The notes under the pieces: model-generated
The model's input: the letters and a program-made list of their open reading frames with translations, nothing else
Database searches by the model: none
Told to the model about the DNA's origin: nothing
Shown here: piece by piece, positions 17,254 through 24,464 of the stretch
Position numbering within the stretch: the first letter of the stretch is position 1
Layout: each line of letters begins with the position of its first letter
Assembly: GCA_947586295.1 (NCBI GenBank)
Contig: CANPXQ010000001.1
Coordinates: forward strand, 1-24,464
From: an uncultured Bacilli bacterium
GTDB lineage: Bacteria > Bacillota_I > Bacilli_A > RF39 > UBA660
Direction of reading: 5' to 3'
Length of the DNA: 24,464 nt
Translations under genes and position numbers: made by a program

Positions 17254-17494
17254 ATTATTTTTAATGGATATTTTAGAAATGGAAAAAAATATGGCCGTTA
17301 ATATGACTTATGCTTTAAATGAAGCTAGTAATGATATTTTATATCAAGAGCTTTACGATATATTTCAAAGTATTAGTGAAATGACTAAAGAAATATTTAA
17401 CCTGGCTTATAATAAAAATTATTACCGTTTAACCAAAGTAGATAATTCAAAAATTAACGAAACAATAAATAATTTAAAAGAAAAATTAAATTAA
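17246..17494 (+). CDS. Coat F-domain spore protein
   Basis: D.L..EK......ALNEASN..L......EIF..AYNKNYY pattern; overlaps the upstream gene; terminator AATAGG/CCTATT at 17493-17514. Confidence 0.7.
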   Translation: MDKLFLMDILEMEKNMAVNMTYALNEASNDILYQELYDIFQSISEMTKEIFNLAYNKNYYRLTKVDNSKINETINNLKEKLN

Positions 17495-17512
17495 TAGGAA
17501 ACCCCTATTTTT

Positions 17513-19060
17513 TTAATTGATTAAATCTTCTTCTAATTCAGCAATCTTTTCTTGTAGTTCTTGTATTTTTTCAATATATTTATTTTTTTCGTTTGCTAAT
17601 TTTTCATTTTCGGCATACAAATTTGCAATTTCTTCTTGATATTGGTTTTCCATTTTTTCTAATTCATTTTCATATAATTTTTGCGTATATTTTAAACAGT
17701 TATTTTTTAAAATTTCAATATTTTTAGAACTAGTTTCAACTACTATATCAATTGTTTGCAATTTATCATAACTATAAAAAGTTTTATCTTTTAAATTACT
17801 AATAATCATCTTAATTATCCGAGGAGTATTATAGCTATAAGAATAATTTGTATAAATAGTATTATTAGCACCCAAATTTACAACAACTTCTTGAAAATCA
17901 GGATAATAAAAAATATGATATTTTAATTCATCAGTTAATGTTTCATTAACTTTAAAAGTTAAATTACGTCTATAACTATATAAATCATCATTATAATCGC
18001 TTAAGTATAAATCATTTTGCATTTTAAAAGTATAAGTTTCTTCTTTATTTAAGATATTTGTAGGAATATCATCGACAAATGAATAACTAGTTATTTCATA
18101 TGAAAAGATAGCTGAAGAACTAGCAAATAAAACTAAACTTATAAAAAAGATAATTAAAAGGCTTTTATAATGGGTTGGTTGATTAAATAGCCAAGCAATA
18201 TTTAAATTCAAAAAAATACCTACAGTTAACACTAAAGAAAAGGATAAAATTATTAATCCTATTATTATTATGCCTTTACAAGCTGCGATAATTGTTAACA
18301 CTAAAATAAAAACTAAGAATATAAAAGTAAAACATAAAGCTAAAAAAATAATAAATAAAATTAATTTAATTCCCAAGTTAGCTATGCTTCCTAAAATATC
18401 AAATAAAACAAAATTTCTTTCTTTAGTTTTTTTAATTTCTTTAACTTTCACATTTTCTACTTTTTCAGTTAGATTAACGGCCTTTTCTTTAATAATCTTT
18501 CGTTCTTTGGAATTATCCCATACATCTAAATACCGCGTTTTATAAAAGTAAATTAAAATACATATAAAGAAAACAAAATATATAACATTAATAATAAAAT
18601 AACATAAACTAATTAAAGCATTACTTACAGAATATCCTATTCTTAAGGAAATAAATAATTTTTCTACTAAATTATTTAAATATATAAATGGAATTTTGCA
18701 TAAAAATAAAATAAATATAAGTAAGAAAAAATCCAAAAAGAATTTACCTATTTCCTTACCATTCATATTTTTAAACATTGTTATACTTTTTTCAAACATT
18801 TCAATAATAGTGTAAACTAAGTTGCTAAAATTATTTTTCTTATGTTCAATATTATTTTTAGTAATTTCATCATTCGTTAAATCATCTAAACTTACATTAA
18901 ATATTTTACAAATAGATAATAGCTTATCCATTTCAGGATATGTAGTACCTGATTCCCATTTTGAAACTGCTTGCCGAGATACATCTAATAAATCTGCTAG
19001 TTGTTCTTGACTATACCCCTTTTCTTTTCTTAACATTTGAAGCTTTTCACAAAACTTCAT
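17513..19060 (-). CDS. XRE-family HTH protein fused to a multi-TM region and C-terminal coiled coil (start probably ATG 19060)
   Basis: LRKEKGYSQEQLADLLDVSRQAVSKWESGTTYP; SD GAGGTGA at 19072-19066. Confidence 0.85.
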   Translation of the reverse strand: MKFCEKLQMLRKEKGYSQEQLADLLDVSRQAVSKWESGTTYPEMDKLLSICKIFNVSLDDLTNDEITKNNIEHKKNNFSNLVYTIIEMFEKSITMFKNMNGKEIGKFFLDFFLLIFILFLCKIPFIYLNNLVEKLFISLRIGYSVSNALISLCYFIINVIYFVFFICILIYFYKTRYLDVWDNSKERKIIKEKAVNLTEKVENVKVKEIKKTKERNFVLFDILGSIANLGIKLILFIIFLALCFTFIFLVFILVLTIIAACKGIIIIGLIILSFSLVLTVGIFLNLNIAWLFNQPTHYKSLLIIFFISLVLFASSSAIFSYEITSYSFVDDIPTNILNKEETYTFKMQNDLYLSDYNDDLYSYRRNLTFKVNETLTDELKYHIFYYPDFQEVVVNLGANNTIYTNYSYSYNTPRIIKMIISNLKDKTFYSYDKLQTIDIVVETSSKNIEILKNNCLKYTQKLYENELEKMENQYQEEIANLYAENEKLANEKNKYIEKIQELQEKIAELEEDLIN

Positions 19061-19147
19061 ATTCATCACCTCGCTCAAAATATAATATATTCTACTTAGT
19101 AGCACTACCAACTTTGAGTTGTTTTTTGTTAATTTTAAGTTGCCTTC

Positions 19148-19903
19148 TTATTTTTCTTTACGTTTTTGAATATGATAAGCTATAATTAAAGCTAAACGAT
19201 GAGGTATTAATCTAGTACCAAATAGAGCTAATTTCATTTTTAAAGTTGGAACTATAATCATTTTATTTTTAAACATTTTATTTATAGCATAATCGGCAAC
19301 ATAATAAGGGCTTATCCCTTTAATAGCAAATTTACCTTGAGCAACTTTGTTAAAATTAGTATTTACAGGGCCCGGACATAAAGCCGAAATATGAACATTA
19401 CTTTTCGCTACACGCAATTCTTCATTAATCGCCATAGTTAATTTTGTAACATAGTTTTTAGTAGCATAATAAGTGCTTAATCTAGGTCCAGCCATAAAAC
19501 CTGCACTACTACACACATTTAAAATATAACCGGAATCTTTTTTAATAAAATCTTGTAAAAATAACTTGGTTAAAATATGATAAGCTTTAATATTTAAATC
19601 AATCATTTCTAATTCTCTTGATAAAAGAGTTTTACTAAATTCTCCAAATAATCCAAAACCAGCATTATTAATTAAAATATCAATATTTTCTTCTTTAACT
19701 AAATCATATAATTTATAAACATTTTGAACATTTAATAAATCTAAACATATTATTTTTATATTATCATTATTAAGTTCTTTTTTAACTTCTTCTAATTTAG
19801 TGGCATCTTTGCTAGTTAAAATTAATTCATAATCTTTATTAGCAAGCGTTTTAGCCATTGCTTTGCCTATACCACTAGATGCTCCCGTAATTAAAGCTTT
19901 CAT
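19148..19903 (-). CDS. Short-chain dehydrogenase/reductase
   Basis: TGASSGIG, NNAGFG, YYATK; start overlaps the ppaC stop (TGATG). Confidence 0.92.
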   Translation of the reverse strand: MKALITGASSGIGKAMAKTLANKDYELILTSKDATKLEEVKKELNNDNIKIICLDLLNVQNVYKLYDLVKEENIDILINNAGFGLFGEFSKTLLSRELEMIDLNIKAYHILTKLFLQDFIKKDSGYILNVCSSAGFMAGPRLSTYYATKNYVTKLTMAINEELRVAKSNVHISALCPGPVNTNFNKVAQGKFAIKGISPYYVADYAINKMFKNKMIIVPTLKMKLALFGTRLIPHRLALIIAYHIQKRKEK

Positions 19904-21516
19904 CAGTTATCCTCCATTACACCTAAAATTGAAGGTAAAAAATCTTTTTTACGACTAACAATTCTAGGAATAAATATCCCTTCAAAAATTTCATTTAAGC
20001 CAAAAGCTTCTTTAATTATTAATTCACTTTCCTTATTATAGATTACATATGAACCTTTTCTAATAATATCGGTTATAAATAAAGCAATCGTTTTATATTT
20101 ATCACTCATACCATTTAAAATGGTAACAAAATTATCCGTATGTTTTTTTATATATTCATAATCCATTGACATAACTTGAGCAATACCAATTGTTACATCT
20201 TCGACATTATAAGCTTTAAAATCACTTAAAATAATTTCTTTTTCCGTCATTTGTGAAATATCGCTAGCCGCTTTAAACATTTCTAATCCATATTTATCGA
20301 TAGATATTTTAGCACTAGCCGCTAATTTAACTGCAGCAAATTTATCATCTTCGGTCGTGGTTGGTCCAGTTAATAATAAAGTATCTGATAAAATGGCAGA
20401 AAGTAATAATCCCGCAATATTTTTAGGTATACTAATTTTATTTTCATTAAACATTTCATATATCATTGTTGCCGTGCAACCAACTGGTTTACTTCGAAAA
20501 TTAATAGGAATATTTGTTCCAATTGCCCCTAAATTATGATGATCTATTATTTCGACAATTTCAGCTTCTTCTATTCCATCTACACTTTGGGCAAAATTAT
20601 TATGATCTACTAAAATAACTTTTTGTTTTTCATAAGTATTAGGTCCAGTTAATCTAATTAAACCTAAACATTCGCCTTTATTATTTATAACAGGATAATT
20701 TGTATGATTAATTTTGTGTATCATTTGACGAAAATCTTGATAGCAATCTTCATTATTTACAGTAATCGGATTATGATTAGTATTAATACTTTTAATGTAA
20801 TTCGCTAATAAGATTTTATTGCTTATTAAATAAGAGCCTAGAGAAGTTTCAATAATATTTATTCTATTATTCTTAGCCTTTTCTAATAATTCTGGGTTTA
20901 TAGAACTATTAAATGGTAAGATAATTAATTTTACTTTAGAATCAATGGCATAATCTAATACTCGATAACGATCTCCCACAATCAAAATATCATCTTTATG
21001 TAATTCAATTGTGTCAAAGAAATCTTTTGATTTCATTCCTACAACCATAATATTACCTTTAATAGTATCATCATATTTGGTTATTACTGTAGCTTCTAAT
21101 GTATTAATAATGTTTTCTAAAGTTGTATCAATTTTTTCTTTATCTCCATTTATTAAATATTTCGCTAGTTCTTTTAAAGTTACATATCCTGTTAATTTTT
21201 TTTGTTCATTAACTAAAGGAATTGCCGTAATATTATGTTTTTGCATTAAATTAAAAGCATCATTAATAGAAGCATATTCATTAATATAAGCTTTGTGATC
21301 ATATTTAATTTTTTTTATTCTTACTCTAACATCATTTAAATAATTAGGTACAGGAACATTAAAATAATCTAAAACAAATTTTGTTTCATTATTAATATTT
21401 CCTAAAACTTTAGGAATACATTTTTCCCCCAGCTCATTTTTTAAATATGCTAAAGCAATACTTGAACAAACACTATCTGTATCTGGATTTTTATGTCCAA
21501 AAATAAATGTTGCCAT
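19903..21516 (-). CDS. ppaC: Mn-dependent family II inorganic pyrophosphatase with CBS-DRTGG insert
   Basis: GHKNPDTDS, VDHN, IIDHH, AILSDT, SRKK; internal CBS / VGDR / CBS region. Confidence 0.93.
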   Translation of the reverse strand: MATFIFGHKNPDTDSVCSSIALAYLKNELGEKCIPKVLGNINNETKFVLDYFNVPVPNYLNDVRVRIKKIKYDHKAYINEYASINDAFNLMQKHNITAIPLVNEQKKLTGYVTLKELAKYLINGDKEKIDTTLENIINTLEATVITKYDDTIKGNIMVVGMKSKDFFDTIELHKDDILIVGDRYRVLDYAIDSKVKLIILPFNSSINPELLEKAKNNRINIIETSLGSYLISNKILLANYIKSINTNHNPITVNNEDCYQDFRQMIHKINHTNYPVINNKGECLGLIRLTGPNTYEKQKVILVDHNNFAQSVDGIEEAEIVEIIDHHNLGAIGTNIPINFRSKPVGCTATMIYEMFNENKISIPKNIAGLLLSAILSDTLLLTGPTTTEDDKFAAVKLAASAKISIDKYGLEMFKAASDISQMTEKEIILSDFKAYNVEDVTIGIAQVMSMDYEYIKKHTDNFVTILNGMSDKYKTIALFITDIIRKGSYVIYNKESELIIKEAFGLNEIFEGIFIPRIVSRKKDFLPSILGVMEDN

Positions 21517-21554
21517 ATTTCACCTTCTAACTTAAAAAGCAATTTATACCTAAG

Positions 21555-21580
21555 GAAAAAAATAATCGTATTGCTACGAC
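21555..21580 (-). terminator. Terminator after the 21580-21984 gene
   Basis: Minus strand TAGTCGTA-GCAA-TACGATTA followed by a T-run. Confidence 0.75.
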
Positions 21581-21984
21581 TACTTCTTCATTTTTTTGTT
21601 CATTTCAGTAGTATTTTTCCAAATCATAATCATTATTAAAATACTTTCAAATGATAATCTTAAGACTAAATTTCCAACTGTTAAAACTAAAATAAAGCCT
21701 AAGAAATTAGAACCAATTAAAACGAAAGAGTACAAAGTAATAAATATAGTTAATACTACGTAAAGAATTTTTAATAAATCTTCAATTAACATTTTTTTAA
21801 AATTAAAAAATTCTTTTAACCAATCTAAATATTTATTATTTGTTTGTTTTTCATTCTTTAAAAAGAAGAAATAGAAACAAACACCACCAATAATTGAAAG
21901 AATCAAAGCAACAATTAACCATATAGCTGCATTGGTTAAAGTAGATACACTATCGTTTACTGGTTGTTCATAATAATAAGGCAT
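21580..21984 (-). CDS. Small hypothetical membrane protein (DUF4282-like)
   Basis: Three hydrophobic helices, FFNFKKMLIE motif, SD AAAGGAG. Confidence 0.65.
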   Translation of the reverse strand: MPYYYEQPVNDSVSTLTNAAIWLIVALILSIIGGVCFYFFFLKNEKQTNNKYLDWLKEFFNFKKMLIEDLLKILYVVLTIFITLYSFVLIGSNFLGFILVLTVGNLVLRLSFESILIMIMIWKNTTEMNKKMKK

Positions 21985-22111
21985 AAACTACTCCTTTCTT
22001 ATTTTTATTATAACCTAAAACCTTTTTTTTCAGTATATAAAGTTTTTAAAAAAAGCTATTATTTGTCAAAAATAGTGTAAAATAAAAGTAAATAATATAA
22101 AATTAGTTCCC

Positions 22112-22140
22112 TTGTATTAAGTAGAAAAAAGTGTTAAAAT
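22112..22140 (+). promoter_or_regulatory. sigmaA-type promoter of uvrB
   Basis: TTGTAT(22112-22117)-N17-TAAAAT(22135-22140) with TG extension. Confidence 0.55.
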
Positions 22141-22198
22141 ATTCACTAGCTTTGAACTAGTTATATTATTAAGTTTTAATAGTAAGGAGTTCGGTATA

Positions 22199-24142
22199 AT
22201 GTTTAATTTAATTTCCAAATATAAACCTAATGGTGATCAACCAGAAGCTATAAAAGAATTAGTAGCTGGTATAAATGCTGGCAAAAAAGAACAAGTTTTG
22301 CTTGGAGCAACTGGTACTGGTAAAACTTTTACAATAGCAAACGTTATTGCTCAAGTTAATAAACCAACTTTAGTCTTAGCCCATAATAAAACTTTGGCAG
22401 GACAACTTTATGCGGAATTAAAGGAGTTATTTTCCAATAATCACGTAGAATATTTTGTTTCTTATTACGATTATTATCAACCCGAAGCCTATGTGCCAAG
22501 CAGTGATACATATATTGAAAAAGATGCTTCTATAAATGATGAAATTGATGAATTAAGACACGCCGCCACCTCCGCATTAATAAACTATCAAGATGTTATA
22601 GTTGTAGCTAGTGTATCTTGTATATATGGTATTGGGGAAAAAGAAGAATATAAAAATAATATGTTAATATTAAATATTGACGATAAAATAAAAAGGAATG
22701 ATATCCTAAATAAATTAGTCGATATGACATATGAACGCAATGATTTAGATTTTCATCGTGGATGTTTTAGAGTAAGAGGAAATAATATTGATGTTGTTCC
22801 CATCAACGAAAGGGCTAAAGGAATTAGAATTACTTTAGATGAAGATACTATAGAAGCTATTAGTTTATTTGATCCTTTAACTGGAGAAATTACAAATCAT
22901 AAAAAAAGTATTACTATATCCCCGGCGAGTCATTTTGTAACGAGCAAGGATAAATTACAAATCGCTATTACACGCATTGAAAATGAACTTAAAGAGCGAT
23001 TAGAAGAATTAAAAAAAGAAAATAAATTTATTGAAGAACAACGGTTGCGTGAAAGAACTAACTATGATATCGAGATGTTAAAAGAAACTGGATACTGTAA
23101 TGGAGTGGAAAATTATAGTCAACACCTAGCGTTAAGAGAAGATGGCGAAACGCCAAGCTGTTTAATTGATTTTTTCCCAAAAGATTTTTTATTAATTGTT
23201 GATGAATCACACGTAACTCTTCCTCAAGTTAGAGGAATGTATAATGGCGATCGTATGCGAAAACAAACATTAGTGGATTATGGTTTTCGTTTACCAAGTG
23301 CTTTAAATAATCGTCCTTTAACATATGAAGAATTTGAAAGTAAAATAAATCAAGCTATTTATGTTTCGGCAACACCAGGAGAATACGAATTATCTAAGAC
23401 AAATAATATATATGTTGAACAAATAATTAGGCCAACCGGGTTACTTGATCCTATTATTAAAGTTAAACCAACATATGGCCAAATAGATGATATTATTAAT
23501 GAAATTCGCCTCCGTAAAGAAAAAAACGAAAGAGTTTTAATAACAACTTTAACGATTCGAATGAGCGAAGAATTAACAAATTATTTAAAGGAATTAAATA
23601 TTAAAGTTGCTTATCTTCATAGTGAAATTAAAACTTTAGAAAGATTAAAAATTATTCACGATTTAAGATGTGGTATATATGATTGTGTTGTAGGTATTAA
23701 TTTACTACGTGAAGGTTTGGACATTCCGGAAGTTAGTTTAATTTGCATTCTTGATGCGGATAAGCAAGGATTTTTAAGAAGCACACGGAGTTTAATTCAA
23801 ACTATAGGTAGATGTGCTCGAAATAGTAATGGTGAAGTTATTATGTATGCCGATACTGTTAGTGATAGTATGAATGAAGCAATAAAAGAAACACTAAGAA
23901 GAAGAACCATTCAAGAAGAATATAACAAAAAACATCATATAAATCCTGAAACTATTCAAAAAGAAATTAAAGATGTTATTTCAAATGAAATTGAGAAAAA
24001 AGAAACTAAAAAGAAATTAAATAAGGCCGATAAAGAAAAAATGCTTATTCAAATTGAAAATGAAATGCAACAAGCAGCTCGAGAGTTAGATTTCGAAAGA
24101 GCTATGGAACTACGCGATATTTATTTTGAACTTAAATCTTAA
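22199..24142 (+). CDS. uvrB: Excinuclease ABC subunit B
   Basis: [21 protein letters not shown] beta-hairpin, [20 protein letters not shown]-terminal UVR domain. Confidence 0.98.
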   Translation: MFNLISKYKPNGDQPEAIKELVAGINAGKKEQVLLGATGTGKTFTIANVIAQVNKPTLVLAHNKTLAGQLYAELKELFSNNHVEYFVSYYDYYQPEAYVPSSDTYIEKDASINDEIDELRHAATSALINYQDVIVVASVSCIYGIGEKEEYKNNMLILNIDDKIKRNDILNKLVDMTYERNDLDFHRGCFRVRGNNIDVVPINERAKGIRITLDEDTIEAISLFDPLTGEITNHKKSITISPASHFVTSKDKLQIAITRIENELKERLEELKKENKFIEEQRLRERTNYDIEMLKETGYCNGVENYSQHLALREDGETPSCLIDFFPKDFLLIVDESHVTLPQVRGMYNGDRMRKQTLVDYGFRLPSALNNRPLTYEEFESKINQAIYVSATPGEYELSKTNNIYVEQIIRPTGLLDPIIKVKPTYGQIDDIINEIRLRKEKNERVLITTLTIRMSEELTNYLKELNIKVAYLHSEIKTLERLKIIHDLRCGIYDCVVGINLLREGLDIPEVSLICILDADKQGFLRSTRSLIQTIGRCARNSNGEVIMYADTVSDSMNEAIKETLRRRTIQEEYNKKHHINPETIQKEIKDVISNEIEKKETKKKLNKADKEKMLIQIENEMQQAARELDFERAMELRDIYFELKS

Positions 24143-24149
24143 TTTAAAA

Positions 24150-24464
24150 TAAAAATCCACGCCTAAAAGACGTGGTTTTTCGCTAAGGCCTATAAGGCCG
24201 ATTACTGGCGGCCTCCATTTGGAGGCTTTTTTAGTCTGCCAATTGCCTTTGACTCTCTTACTTACCTGTAAACGGGTCTTTATATTCTTTCATACTTCTT
24301 TTGTCTAATAATCTATCTTCTGTTTCTTGTTCTCGAATATATTTTTTGATTGTATTTTTGTTCGCACCTACTGTGCTCACAAAATATCCTTCTGCCCAAA
24401 AATGTCTGTTTCCATAGTTATATTTCAAATTGGCATGTTCTTCAAATATCATCAAACTACTTTT
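24150..24464 (-). mobile_element. 3' (right) part of an IS200/IS605-family element
   Basis: tnpA 3' end followed by three hairpins; the outermost, CCACGTCT-TTT-AGGCGTGG (minus strand), resembles a subterminal end palindrome. The exact end is not determinable. Confidence 0.85.
24258..24464 (-). CDS. tnpA: IS200-type Y1 (HUH) transposase, C-terminal part; truncated by the window edge
   Basis: NLKYNYGNRHFWAEGYFVSTVG...IKKYIREQ with catalytic Tyr; frame stays open to position 24464. Confidence 0.95.
   Translation of the reverse strand, partial: KSSLMIFEEHANLKYNYGNRHFWAEGYFVSTVGANKNTIKKYIREQETEDRLLDKRSMKEYKDPFTGK

Noticed and set aside
4494-21289. Short antisense or overlapping ORFs in the track (4494-4742, 5427-5633, 8552-8749, 11023-11217, 15307-15552, 18270-18545, 18822-19010, 18961-19185, 20357-20539, 21011-21289)
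   Set aside because: All lie opposite well-supported genes and show no recognisable motifs; they look like shadow frames.
19903-21516. CBS-DRTGG insert in PpaC as a novelty
   Set aside because: This is a well-described nucleotide-regulated family II pyrophosphatase architecture in Firmicutes.
22081-22198. LexA (SOS) box upstream of uvrB
   Set aside because: GAACTAGTT does not fit GAAC-N4-GTTC; no match found.

Overview
Very AT-rich chromosomal segment from a small-genome, Firmicutes-type bacterium (inferred RF39-like Bacilli; standard code, TGA read as stop). It starts inside a tRNA-His gene. Next come a solo small HNH gene, a LigD derivative that has phosphoesterase and primase-polymerase domains but no ligase domain, a GtrABC-like glycosylation cassette, a MacB-type ABC transporter, lysS, a divergent sortase B / QPSTG-substrate pair, membrane proteins, murD, CIRCE-controlled hsp20, a CDF transporter, two spore-coat-like genes, an XRE membrane protein, ppaC-SDR and uvrB. 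It ends in the 3' part of an IS200 element. The most unusual feature is non-coding. At 12526-12758 a 233-bp, almost fully self-complementary TGT...ACA element (50-bp hairpin plus 182-bp rod) lies between two exact 25-26-bp copies of a gene's 3' end, which is also half of that gene's terminator. The ligase-less LigD with a sigmaG-like promoter is the second highlight. All family assignments come from motif recognition by eye; no searches were run.
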